Source: Candidatus Doudnabacteria bacterium
GTDB taxonomy: Bacteria; Patescibacteriota; JAQUNI01
Length of the DNA stretch: 64,000 bases
Assembly (NCBI GenBank): GCA_041644975.1
Contig: JBAZQX010000005.1
Coordinates: 13,068-77,067 of the forward strand
Direction: 5' to 3'
The notes under the pieces were generated by a model. That model was not told the DNA's origin and did not search any database. It worked only from the letters and a program-made list of their open reading frames with translations. Positions 47,841 to 58,400 of this stretch are shown in pieces. The position numbers and the translations under genes were made by a program. Position 1 is the stretch's first letter; each line of letters opens with the position of its first letter.

Positions 47841-49025
47841 TTACTCTCCCACTTTTACCTTATAAAGATGATCCTCTGCGCCATCCGCTAAATCTTCCGG
47901 GTCGTTATCCCCTTCAATGGCAACCGTAAATTCATAACTTCGCAGGGACAATTTTTGATACTGATAACTATATCTTGATGCCAAGGGGTCCTCCGGAACC
48001 TTAATAACGTAATCAGGGGAAAGGTCGGTTAAATTATCGGGGAAAAACCCATTGTCATCATAATATAACTCCAAGGCCACTTCTAAAGCTTCCAAATCAT
48101 TTTTGCGAATTTTATCCCTCTCCGCGGGAGTCGTTGTCGCTCCTTGTTGCTGCTCTTCAGGCGTAGGTTCTAATTTTGCTTGTCGCCCACGGGCAGGGTC
48201 ATAACCTTTCTCCACTTCCGTCCCATCATTATAAGAATCGCCGTCCGTGTCCGATAGGAAAGGATTGGTTGTGTAATAATACTCCTGGCTATTATCTAAA
48301 CCGTCTCCATCCGGATCTTGATGAGCATCCCCGGGATCCAAAGGATTTAAATTATTTTGTTTTTCCCAACCATCCGGTAACCCGTCTTGATCCGAGTCTG
48401 CCTCTTTCAAATTAGTGCCTAAAGCTTCTTCCTCTTGATCGGTTAATCCATCACTATCGGAATCCTGATTGGGGGAAGGTGGCGGAGTGACGGGCAGATC
48501 AGGTTGTTCCAAGGGGACAGTCTCCTCTCCCTCTGATGTATCGGGATTCTCTGGAAGCACTGGCGTAATAGCGGGAGAAGTATCCGGCTCTGCGGAAGGA
48601 TTTTGAAACCAATTAAAATATACAAAAACACCTCCCGCGCCCAACACTAAAATAATCAAAATAATAGCAAGCTTCTTAGAAAAAACTTGTCTTTTCTGAG
48701 GCGCTGCCGCCACTGGTGATAGGGTAGAGGCGACAGGGCTTAATTCTGAAGGATTCCGCGCACCTCCTGTCCCGCGATACTCCGAGGGCATTACTTTACT
48801 CTCCTGCTCTGAAGAGGCAAAAAAATCCTTCCTTCCTGCCACGCCAGAGGATCCCTCTTCTGGAGAAAAAATCTCCCCTAACCCTTCCCGAGGCTCACTA
48901 AAAATGGGATTGCTGTTTTCCCCTCTCACTTCGGCAAGAGGGTTAGCTCCATTATTATTTACTTGGAAGGGAGGAGTGTTGTTGTCTTCTGGAAGAGGCA
49001 GATTATTGGGTGGTGGTGCGGGCAT
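47841..49025 (-). CDS. Membrane-anchored surface protein with Ca-binding DxDxDG repeats and a C-terminal GspG/pilin-like domain
   Basis: One TM; DSDSDGL, DSDQDGL, DPDGDGL, DTDGDSY; RD..R..DL...ALELYY....P..L..L...Y...PEDP. Confidence 0.75.
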   Translation of the reverse strand: MPAPPPNNLPLPEDNNTPPFQVNNNGANPLAEVRGENSNPIFSEPREGLGEIFSPEEGSSGVAGRKDFFASSEQESKVMPSEYRGTGGARNPSELSPVASTLSPVAAAPQKRQVFSKKLAIILIILVLGAGGVFVYFNWFQNPSAEPDTSPAITPVLPENPDTSEGEETVPLEQPDLPVTPPPSPNQDSDSDGLTDQEEEALGTNLKEADSDQDGLPDGWEKQNNLNPLDPGDAHQDPDGDGLDNSQEYYYTTNPFLSDTDGDSYNDGTEVEKGYDPARGRQAKLEPTPEEQQQGATTTPAERDKIRKNDLEALEVALELYYDDNGFFPDNLTDLSPDYVIKVPEDPLASRYSYQYQKLSLRSYEFTVAIEGDNDPEDLADGAEDHLYKVKVGE

Positions 49026-49207
49026 AATAAGAATACAAAATGTAGAATGTAAAAATGATGCTTTATGTCATCCTTAAGCGGAACTTAAGTGAAACAAAGG
49101 ATCCCGTTTTTAGCTAACCCGACCGATGGATTCTTCGCTTCGCTCAAGAACAACGTTTCGCGTCAATTTTAATCTTTCATTTTGCGTTTGATATTTGTTT
49201 TTTGGAT

Positions 49208-49666
49208 TTATTCTTTATTTGCGCTTAATAAATCTCCGACTATCTTGCTTGCGAGCGCTCCATCCGCCCTGCCTTCTAAACGCGGCATCAAGGTACCCAT
49301 TACCTTTCCCGTATCGCGCGGAGAAGCGGCTTTAAGCTCTTTAATCACGCCCGCCGCGATCTTTTCTATTTCTTCCCGCGTCATCGACAGCGGCAAATAA
49401 CTTTCAATTAACTCAATCGCTCTCTGCTCCTCTTCTTCTTTCTCCATCCGCCCTGCTTTATGCCACTCCTCTTGCGACTCTTTGCGTTGCTTTAACTCTC
49501 TGCGCAACACTCCCAAGACATCATCTTCGGAAAGGCTCTCGCGCCTCTTTTTTATCTCTTCATTTTTTAAAGCGGATCTCAAAATACTTAACACAGAGGT
49601 CATCTCCCGATCTCTCTTCTTTAAAGCTTGTTTAAAATTAGAATCAATTTTTTCTAAAACAACCAT
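49208..49666 (-). CDS. GatB/YqeY domain protein
   Basis: KQRKES...YLP...GKVMG...ADG. Confidence 0.9.
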   Translation of the reverse strand: MVVLEKIDSNFKQALKKRDREMTSVLSILRSALKNEEIKKRRESLSEDDVLGVLRRELKQRKESQEEWHKAGRMEKEEEEQRAIELIESYLPLSMTREEIEKIAAGVIKELKAASPRDTGKVMGTLMPRLEGRADGALASKIVGDLLSANKE

Positions 49667-49675
49667 AAAGATTAC

Positions 49676-49918
49676 TTATCTTTGATACATATTCCGATCA
49701 AAGGTGGGAAGCTTGCCGATCTTTCTTAAATATTCCTTTTCTTTAACGATCTGCGCCCTCCGTTTCGCGCTTTCCCTGATTTGCTGCTTGCTTTTGGGAG
49801 GGTCAAAAAATCGTGCTTTCCTCGCCTCTACTAAAATACCGCTCTGCTGCACTTTGCGATTAAATCTGCGCAAAAGGCTCGCCAGAGACTCGGATTCTTT
49901 CTTTGTAACTTCAACCAC
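49676..49918 (-). CDS. rpsU: 30S ribosomal protein S21 (divergent)
   Basis: ES..SLLRRF.RKVQQSG...R..RF; next to yqeY. Confidence 0.8.
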   Translation of the reverse strand: MVEVTKKESESLASLLRRFNRKVQQSGILVEARKARFFDPPKSKQQIRESAKRRAQIVKEKEYLRKIGKLPTFDRNMYQR

Positions 49919-50002
49919 AATATATTCACCTCCTTGGTGAGATTAAAAAATTAGATTCACAGTGAATTCGGTCATAATCATAGCACAAAAGAAATATACT
50001 CG

Positions 50003-50338
50003 TCAAACTTCGGACACTTTCTCTTCCGCCTTCCAGCCACCTAACAAATGGAGATGCAAATGAGAAACCCGCTGGAGCTGACCTCCATTAAAAATAAGTT
50101 TGTAACCATCGCTAATTCCTTGATCCCGCGCCAACTCCTTCGCCTTCCAAACTAACTTCCCGATTAAAGCAATATCCCCCTCTCCCAAAGCCTGGAGCGA
50201 TTCTAGGTGTTTCTTAGGCACAAACAAGATATGCACCGGCGCTTTAGGATTAATATCGGAAAAGGCGACCATATCTTGATCCTGGAACATAATCTCCGCT
50301 TTTTGTTTACCCACGGCGATATCGCAAAAAATGCACAT
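50003..50338 (-). CDS. HIT family nucleotide hydrolase
   Basis: CIFC, DINPKAPVH and HLHLH motifs. Confidence 0.93.
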   Translation of the reverse strand: MCIFCDIAVGKQKAEIMFQDQDMVAFSDINPKAPVHILFVPKKHLESLQALGEGDIALIGKLVWKAKELARDQGISDGYKLIFNGGQLQRVSHLHLHLLGGWKAEEKVSEV

Positions 50339-50344
50339 GGAAAT

Positions 50345-50484
50345 AATTTTAAATTCTAAATTTTCAATTTTAATTCAATTTTAAAATCCTAATTTTAAAT
50401 TTTAAAACCAAGGGAAAGAAGAAAGGGTTTTAAAATTAAAAAATTTAAAATTTGGATTTGATTTAAAATTTAGAATTTAAAATT
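50345..50484. repeat. AT-rich inverted microrepeat hairpin between hisS and HIT
   Basis: Its reverse complement is nearly identical to the start of 60079-60212. Confidence 0.75.
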
Positions 50485-51835
50485 ATTTCTTCCTCATCTT
50501 CGCCAGCCTCTTCTTTACCTCGCTGACGATTTTATCTCTGTTAATAAGTTCCTGCACTCCCGTTTCCATATCGCGTAAAAGAATTGTTTTCTCTAAAGCT
50601 TCTTTCTGACCTAGAATTAAAGTGACTTTAACACCCAGCCGGTCCGCTACTTTGAGTTGAGACTTAAGGCTCCCTCGCGAAAAGGATTCCGAAACAATAA
50701 TGCCGTTTTGGCGAAACTCTTCAAAGAGCACCAAAGCTTTCCTTTTGGCAAGTTCCCCGAGTTGCGCCAGAAAGACGTAGATTTTACGCGAGCGAGGAGG
50801 CTCAATTTTACTTTCCATAAGTTGCATGATAATTCGTTCCATACCGCAGGAGAAACCCACAGCCGGCGTTAATTCGCCTCCTAAATCTTCCACCAAATTA
50901 TCATAACGTCCGCCGCCGCCCAAAGCGATTTGTTTTCCTTCTTCCTGCCCCTCTGCCTTCCCGGGCCAAATTTCAAAAACCGTCTTGGTATAATAATCCA
51001 AGCCTCTTACTAATTTAGAAGTCAAACTGTAGACAATCTCTAATTCATCAAGCTGTTCTAAAACTTCTTTTAGGTGGTCATGGCATTCCTCGCACAGAGA
51101 ATCAATCAAAGCCGGGGCATTATTAGCTAGCCTCTGACATTTTTCCTCTTTACAATCTAAAAGCCGCAAGGGATTGGTTTTGAGCCGTCTCTTACAATGG
51201 GCGCAAAGTCGGGAGGTTTGCCCCTGATAATAACTTAACAAAGTCTCTTTATATGCTGGCCGGCAGGCCACGCAACCTACACTGTTGATTTTAATATTGA
51301 AACTGGACAATCCCAAAGCTTTTAAGATATTACTGGCGACTAAAATCATTTGAGCATCCGAGGTAGGCGAAGCTGACCCTAAAATCTCAAAACCAAATTG
51401 ATGGAACTCCCTAAAACGTCCTTTCTGGGGCTGGTCATACCGAAACATAGGACCAAAATAATAAAGCTTCAACGGTTGAGGCTTATTCACAAGTCCATTT
51501 TCAATGTAGGCGCGGGCGATCCCCGCCGTGTTTTCCGGCCGCAGAGAAATACTGTCTCCTCCCTTATCCTTGAAAGTGAACATCTCCTTCTCCACAATAT
51601 CCGTTCCGCTTCCCACTCCCCGCACAAAAATATTTGTGTCTTCAATAATTGGCGTGTCAATACGGCTAAAACCATATTCAAATGCTATCTTTCTCACCGT
51701 GTCCCGCATAAAATCCCAATAAGGCTGATCATCAGGTAAGATATCTTTTGTTCCTTTAACCGCCCGAAATAAAACTCTGCGACGCAAAGGGAGGGGTTCA
51801 TCTTCGCTCAAATTTTGTTTCTTAAATCGTGGCAT
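50483..51835 (-). CDS. hisS: Histidyl-tRNA synthetase
   Basis: KGTKD, LRPENTA, RGLDYY and GGGRYD motifs. Confidence 0.97.
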   Translation of the reverse strand: MPRFKKQNLSEDEPLPLRRRVLFRAVKGTKDILPDDQPYWDFMRDTVRKIAFEYGFSRIDTPIIEDTNIFVRGVGSGTDIVEKEMFTFKDKGGDSISLRPENTAGIARAYIENGLVNKPQPLKLYYFGPMFRYDQPQKGRFREFHQFGFEILGSASPTSDAQMILVASNILKALGLSSFNIKINSVGCVACRPAYKETLLSYYQGQTSRLCAHCKRRLKTNPLRLLDCKEEKCQRLANNAPALIDSLCEECHDHLKEVLEQLDELEIVYSLTSKLVRGLDYYTKTVFEIWPGKAEGQEEGKQIALGGGGRYDNLVEDLGGELTPAVGFSCGMERIIMQLMESKIEPPRSRKIYVFLAQLGELAKRKALVLFEEFRQNGIIVSESFSRGSLKSQLKVADRLGVKVTLILGQKEALEKTILLRDMETGVQELINRDKIVSEVKKRLAKMRKK

Positions 51836-51920
51836 AGATTAAATTTCAAATTTTTAAATCTTCAATAACAAATTTGATTTAATATTTATTTAAAGTTTGA
51901 AAATTAATTCATTGAAAACT

Positions 51921-52514
51921 TTATTCCAAGTCTTGCGCAAATATAGGGACATCAAATTTCGTCATCCTGTTGAAAGGCCAGGCTCTAATCCACGCGCGGC
52001 CGATGATATTTTTGGCAGGAACAGCGCCAAAAATACGCGAATCGGAACTCCCGGGCCGGTTATCCCCTAAAACAAAATACTCATCATTCCCTAAAACTAT
52101 ATTCACCTCGCCGGGAGTGGAACGAAGAGAATAAAGATATTTTTTCTCATCCAAAACAAAACCCTGGGGATAACGCCAGTTGAAAATCATTACTCTGCCA
52201 CCTGAAACCACCACCCTCTCCTCGGGTAGTCCGACGATTCTTTTGATGTAATATTGGGAGGGATCGTGGGGATAACGAAAGACCGCCACTTCCCCGCGAC
52301 GGGGCTTGCCTAAATTATAGCTGATTTCATCAATGATTAAATATTCACCGTCTTCAAAATTCGGCTCCATTGAAGCTCCCTTCACGAAAAATGGCTGAAT
52401 CAAAAAATAGCGGATAGGAATCACAATCGCCAAAGAGACCACTACCACTTTCACTATTTCCCAAACAAAACGACCCATCTTTTCCAAAATATTTGTTTCT
52501 TGGCTGTTATTCAT
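51921..52514 (-). CDS. lepB: Signal peptidase I
   Basis: GASMEP, YIKRIVG and GDNR..S.DSR motifs; start reassigned to MNNSQE. Confidence 0.93.
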   Translation of the reverse strand: MNNSQETNILEKMGRFVWEIVKVVVVSLAIVIPIRYFLIQPFFVKGASMEPNFEDGEYLIIDEISYNLGKPRRGEVAVFRYPHDPSQYYIKRIVGLPEERVVVSGGRVMIFNWRYPQGFVLDEKKYLYSLRSTPGEVNIVLGNDEYFVLGDNRPGSSDSRIFGAVPAKNIIGRAWIRAWPFNRMTKFDVPIFAQDLE

Positions 52515-52634
52515 AAACTTGGATGAATAATATATGTGGATTATAACACAACACCAACCCTTCAGGCAATAATTGACTTTCGCTATCCACATCTTGTATA
52601 ATTGAAACATCGCAATATAGCGGTTTTATTATAT

Positions 52635-54161
52635 ATGTATAATTATTACTCAAAAGACCGGGAGAAAGAACAAAACATTCTCTCTCAAGGCCATCTGCCA
52701 AGCTCTGTGGATAACGATCTCACCCCCTCGTCAGAAGTACCCCCCTATCATAGGGAAATGCCGGAAACAAAGAGGAGGTCTTTTAAATATTGGGGTAAAA
52801 AAACAGCTTTAATTTTTGGAATATTGCTGGTGATTGGGGGAATCTTTTTTGCTTATAAAATTTTTTCCGCCGGAGACAAAGTATTTTTAGGAAAAAAAGA
52901 TCACTCCCTTATTACCCAAATTAAAAAGTTAATTTTACCGGAAAAGAACACGCCGGAAATAGAAACAAAGGAGAGAATTAACATCCTCTTAATCGGCATC
53001 CGCGGCACGGAGCAAAATAAAGATCAAGGAGGAGGTATCTATCTTGCCGACACCATCATTGTTTTAAGTATAAAACCAACAACGAAAGAGGTGGCGATGC
53101 TGTCCATTCCTCGCGATCTCTGGGTCAATCTTGATAACTACGGAGAGGCTAAAATCAACGCCGCTTACGCTTACGGTTTACGCGATGATCCAAAAGAAGG
53201 GGGAGCGCGTCTTCTTACGAGCGCCGTGGAAAAAGTCACGGGCCTTCCTTTGGATTATTATGTGATCATTGATTTTGCCGGCTTTGAAAAAGCGCTTGAT
53301 ATTATGGGCGGCATTGATGTTAATGTGGAACAAAATTTTACTGATTACTTTTACCCCGCCTGGAATTACGAATACCAGACAATTTCTTTTTCCGCCGGAC
53401 CGCAACATATGAACGGAGATAGGGCGCTTAAATTCGTCCGCAGTCGTCATGGGGGAAATGGTGAAGGCTCGGACTTTGCCCGAGCGCGCCGCCAGCAAAA
53501 AGTATTGGTGGCGGCAAAAGATAAAATCTTTTCCTTAAGCACGATTTTAAATCCTCTTAAAATCACAGGCCTGATTGACTCTATGGGCAATCATATATTG
53601 ACGAATTTGGAACTTTCGGAAGCGCGCGAACTCATTCAGATCACTCGGAAAGTAAATCCCGATCAAATCGCGAATCGCGTCTTAGAGAATGGCAACGGGG
53701 GGTTGCTTGTTGCTACTACCAGTAAAGGAGGCGCCTCTATTTTAGTGCCCGCTGCGGGCGATTTCTCCGAAATCCAAAAGCTTGCCCAAAATATTTTTAG
53801 TCCCGAACCAGGCGACAGCGAAAGCGAAGCAGTAAAACCGAAACAGAAAATAGAGGAAAAAACTAAAGTGCAGGTCAGAAACGGCACCACTACTGAAGGC
53901 CTCGCGGGCAAAGCGGCGGTGGAATTGCAAGAAGAAGGCTATGAAATTGTGGGTATTTTTAACGCGGACTCCCAAGACTATGACAAAACCGTCATTTTTG
54001 ATTACACGGAAGGCAAACAAGAAAAAGCATTGGAGAAGTTAAGAACAAAATTTGACGCCAATGTCGCCGCCGGCCGCAGTTTTTTCCTAGAGCAATCACC
54101 CGACGGCCGCGGGGCTGACGCGGATTTCGTCATCGTTTTAGGGAAAGACCAAAAACTATAG
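52635..54161 (+). CDS. LytR-CpsA-Psr (LCP) phosphotransferase with LytR_C domain
   Basis: INILLIG, DTII, SIPRD, KINAAY, RSR, SDFARARRQQ and VRNGT motifs. Confidence 0.92.
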   Translation: MYNYYSKDREKEQNILSQGHLPSSVDNDLTPSSEVPPYHREMPETKRRSFKYWGKKTALIFGILLVIGGIFFAYKIFSAGDKVFLGKKDHSLITQIKKLILPEKNTPEIETKERINILLIGIRGTEQNKDQGGGIYLADTIIVLSIKPTTKEVAMLSIPRDLWVNLDNYGEAKINAAYAYGLRDDPKEGGARLLTSAVEKVTGLPLDYYVIIDFAGFEKALDIMGGIDVNVEQNFTDYFYPAWNYEYQTISFSAGPQHMNGDRALKFVRSRHGGNGEGSDFARARRQQKVLVAAKDKIFSLSTILNPLKITGLIDSMGNHILTNLELSEARELIQITRKVNPDQIANRVLENGNGGLLVATTSKGGASILVPAAGDFSEIQKLAQNIFSPEPGDSESEAVKPKQKIEEKTKVQVRNGTTTEGLAGKAAVELQEEGYEIVGIFNADSQDYDKTVIFDYTEGKQEKALEKLRTKFDANVAAGRSFFLEQSPDGRGADADFVIVLGKDQKL

Positions 54162-54258
54162 AATAGGGAGGCATGAATCATGAATAAGGAATAAGGAGAG
54201 TAAAATAATTGCAAAATTCCTAATTCATGATTCCTAATTCACGATTCATCAAGAATTT

Positions 54259-54780
54259 ATGCTCCTCATCATCGGCCTAGGCAATCCCGGTAAACAATAT
54301 CAAAGAACGCGACACAATGTCGGTTTTTTTGTGGTAGAAAAATTGCGCGAGAATTTAAAGCTTCCGGAATTTAATTTGGAAAAAAAATTTAAAGCAGAAA
54401 TTACTAAAGGAAAAAATTTAATTTTGGCTAAACCCCAGACATTTATGAACAACTCCGGCGAGGCTGTTTCCCTCCTTTATAATTTTTATAAAACAGATCC
54501 CCCACATCTCTTAGTCGCGCATGACGACCTTGATATTCTCCTCGGCGAATACCGCATTCAGCAAAATAAAAGTTCCGCCGGACACAAAGGCGTGCAATCC
54601 ATTATTGAGGCTCTCGGCACGCAGGATTTTAACCGCTTAAGAATCGGGATTAAAACCGAAATGCTGGAAAAAATTCCCGCCGAGGACTTTGTCTTGCAAA
54701 AATTTTCACCAGAAGAAAAAGAAATCATTTTTAAGACAATAAAAAAAGCCTTGGCAGAAATCTTGCCAAAGCTATTGTGA
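54259..54780 (+). CDS. pth: Peptidyl-tRNA hydrolase
   Basis: GLGNPG, TRHNVG, KPQTFMN, HDDLD and GHKG motifs. Confidence 0.96.
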   Translation: MLLIIGLGNPGKQYQRTRHNVGFFVVEKLRENLKLPEFNLEKKFKAEITKGKNLILAKPQTFMNNSGEAVSLLYNFYKTDPPHLLVAHDDLDILLGEYRIQQNKSSAGHKGVQSIIEALGTQDFNRLRIGIKTEMLEKIPAEDFVLQKFSPEEKEIIFKTIKKALAEILPKLL

Positions 54781-55124
54781 TGTTTTAATGCTTACTGTGG
54801 CTCCAGCATTCTCTAGTTGCCTTTTCCAATTTTGTACTTGATTCTTATCTTCAGTGGAATCAATAAAGGCGGAAAGACTTTTCAGCTTTGTCTCTCGCCG
54901 TGACTCGCGTCACACTGGCAATATTCCAGATGACCTCTGCCACAGATTCAATATTATCACTATCGGCAATGTCAGACTGAGTATGTAATCTTTGTCTGTT
55001 TAGAAACAGAAACATTTGTTTCTCTTTTCTGCGATATCCTCTGGATAATCTTTGGTTTCTTGCCTAAAGTACCGTTTGCCCCTTGGTATCTATTCTTTTT
55101 CTTCCTTCTGGCATTATTGGACAT
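54772..55124 (-). pseudogene. Ribosomal L7/L12 C-terminal-domain paralog split by two frameshifts
   Basis: RBS AAGGAGG; three frames give MSNNARRKKK...TYSV / DIADSDNIESVAEVIWNIASVTRVTARDKAEK / SLSAFIDS...KRQLENAGATVSIK. Confidence 0.6.
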
Positions 55125-55420
55125 TGTGCACCTCCTTCAAAAGAACAATCGATGATTTAACGCTTTTATTTTACACCATTTCAAATTCAAAATACACCGC
55201 ATCTTTCTTCTCCCTTATCCCACTTGCAAGTCTAGAGCCGCAAAAACCATAAAGGTTTTGGACCTTAAGTTAACAGCTACTTGTAGAAGACCTAAGGAGG
55301 GATTGGCTCCTACTTTCGCCACTTGCAAATGGGGTAGCAGAGAAGAATATTGCTTCATTAATAAATTTCTGCTTCCGTTAAATAATGAAACAATGGAACA
55401 ATGAAAAAGGTGAGACATTA

Positions 55421-55449
55421 AAATTTAGCATAAGGTATTACCTTTGTCA
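55421..55449 (-). promoter_or_regulatory. Sigma70 promoter divergent from mfd
   Basis: TTGACA-17-TAAATT with an extended TG. Confidence 0.55.
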
Positions 55450-55458
55450 ACGAGAAAA

Positions 55459-58400
55459 ATGACAAAAATTGAATATTGGACTGGCGTGCCGCAAACGGCT
55501 AAACCTTATGTCATCGCCACCTCCCCCCTTACGCGAAAAGGGGCTGTTTTGCTATGCACTAAAAATCCGAAAACTTGGCTTACCCAAATCCAATTTTGGC
55601 AAAAAAATCTAAATGCGGTAGAGGCAGGTTTAAAACCTGTCTCCGCAATCCTGGAATCAAACGCTGATGTTTTAATAAAAAATTATCCAGTCTTCTCCCG
55701 CCTCAAGGATAAAGAACCGATGTTGGTTTTAGCGCAAACGGAAATCCTCGCTCAAAAATTTCCCTCGCCAAAAGAATTAGAATCCAAAAGCTTGCGGCTG
55801 ACAGCAGGACAGACTCTCAACTTGCCCAAACTGATCGGTTTTCTTTTATCCGCCCATTACCAAAAAGAAAGAGCTGCTCATTCTCCAGGCGCCTTTGCCA
55901 AGCGCGGAGGGATTATTGATATTTTTCCTCTTTTGAAAGACCATCTCATTCGCTTAGAATTATTTGGCAATAAACTGGAAAGCATAAAGATTATCAATAA
56001 CAATAAAATAATTGAACAACCGAACAATGTTACCATCCCGCCTTTAAAAGTCGCGAATCCAACGGGTACTATTTTAGACTGGCTGCCATCTCTTGTTACC
56101 ATCATTCTGGACGAACCCGAACCCGAATCAAAAGAAAGGCTGAAAAAATTTCCTTTGATTGTTTTTGAAGCCTTCCCTTGCGCAGGGCCCGAAAATGTAG
56201 TCCGATTCAGCTTTCAAAATCCTCCCCTAGCCTTGGGTAATCTTCAAACATTAAACAACACTCTCCAACAATTCAGAAAAAAAAAGTATCAAATCTTTAT
56301 CGCCAGCAAGAAATTGCCTGCTATAGAGACAGGTTTTGAACCTGTCTCCGCAATGATAACCCCTTTCTCACTTTCCGCCGGTTTCCAAAATCAAAAAGCA
56401 AAAATTATTGTCTTCACGGATACGGAAATCTTCGGTTTCCGCAAGCAAAAGCGCCGCGAACGTCGTTTTCAAATGGACGCTGAACCTCTGAACGCCCTCA
56501 CGCCCGGAATGTATATCGTGCATATTGACCACGGTATCGGCAGGTTTGCTGGAATGGTTCAAAAAGAGATTGACCACCTCGTAAGAGAATATTTTTGCTT
56601 AGAATACGCTTATAGCGATAAGCTTTTTCTGCCTATTGATCAGGCGGATAAAATCACGCGCTATATTGGGCGGGAAAATCCCGTCATCCACCGCTTGCAT
56701 GGCGGCATTTGGTACCAAATCAAAAAACAAGTTCAGGTTGACGCTAAAAAAATAGCCGCGGAACTTTTAAAAATTCAAGCATCACGCCAAACTGAAAAAG
56801 GGTTTATTTTTACGCCTGACACTCCCCGCCAAAGCACGCTGGAAGCGTCCTTCCCCTACTCCGAGACGCAAGACCAGGAGAAAGCAATTTGCGAGGTAAA
56901 GGCTGATATGGAAAGCGCTCGCCCGATGGACCGTTTAATCTGCGGCGATGTGGGTTTCGGCAAAACCGAAGTCGCCATCCGCGCCGCCTTTAAGGCGTGT
57001 GAAAATAAAAAGCAGGTCGCGCTCCTCGCGCCCACCACCATCCTCGCCCAGCAACACTTTGATACTTTTAAAGAAAGATTGCAATCATTGAATGTGAGGA
57101 TTGGTCTCCTGTCGCGCTTCCAATCCAAAAAGCGCCAAAAACAAACCTTAAAAGATTTAAAACGAGGAAAAATAGACATTGTTATCGGCACCCATCGTCT
57201 CCTCTCTCGCGATGTTTATTTTTTTAATCTAGGTTTGATTATTATTGATGAGGAACAACGTTTTGGCGTGCGCCATAAGGAAAAATTAAAATCGTTGCGA
57301 CCTAACCTTGATATTCTCACCCTTTCCGCGACGCCTATCCCGCGCACCCTGAACTTTACTCTTTCTGGCCTCCGCGATATAAGCAGTATTCAAACCGCGC
57401 CCGCCGGCCGCAAAGCAATCAAGACCTATGTGCATATTGCCGAAAACAAACTCATCCGGAAAGCGATTCGCCGAGAGCTTGAAAGAGAAGGACAAGTGTA
57501 TTATCTTTATAATAAAGTGGAGACGATTCTGCCTTTCGCGAAAAAAATCCAAAAACTTGTTCCCGAAGCCAAAATCGACGTCGCCCACGGTCAGATGAAT
57601 GAACGCGATTTAACCCGCGTAATGCGCCAATTTGATGAAGGAAAAATCCAAATTCTGATCGCCACCACCATTATTGAAAACGGGTTGGACCTCCCGAACG
57701 TGAATACGCTCATTGTGGATAATGCGCCGCAATTCGGCCTCTCCCAGCTCTATCAAATCCGCGGCCGCATTGGCCGAGGAATACGCCAAGCTTACGCCTA
57801 TTTTTTCTATCACCAAGAAAAGCTTCCAGCAGCCGCGAGCAAAAGATTAGAGGCGCTCCTTTCCATGCAGGAACTCGGCTCGGGATTTAACATCGCGATG
57901 CGCGATCTGGAAATCCGAGGATCGGGCAATATCTTGGGTCGTGAACAATCAGGAGATGTCAATTCTATTGGATTATATTTGTACACCAAGCTTCTCGCCC
58001 AAGCAATTCAAGAATTCAAAACCGGCAAGGTTCCTGAACCAATTTTGGAAGTCTCTATTGATCTTCCTCTTCCGGCGCGTTTACCTCAACCTTTCATTCC
58101 CGCCGAGAAAAAACGGCTTTCCCTTTACCACCAACTAAGCGGCATTAATACTTTTGCCGATCTTCGCTGTATCAAACATAAAATTGAAAAAACGTATGGT
58201 CCCTTACCAAAGGAAGTTAGAAACCTCTTCAAGATTCTGAAAATAAAAATTCTCGCCCGTGCCGCAAGAATAAAAGCTATTGATACAATCAAGGTTTGGG
58301 GAATTGATGGCAAGTCCAGACAACGAATAATCTTAGACTTTGCAGAAAAAATGGATTGGGATAAAGTAGACGAACTTTTAAAACATAATCCACATTGGAT

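Noticed and set aside
50345-50484. Short AT-rich repeats as a CRISPR array
   Set aside because: There is no constant repeat-spacer periodicity and there are no cas genes; these are inverted microrepeats.
16161-52716. Scattered DnaA boxes (TTATCCACA/TGTGGATAA at about 16162, 16792, 22032, 22581, 43855, 52706)
   Set aside because: They are single dispersed sites with no cluster or dnaA nearby, so not evidence for oriC.
55215-55418. 67-aa minus-strand ORF
   Set aside because: Its N-terminus translates an octamer repeat and the rest overlaps the RNA-like rod, so it is likely spurious.
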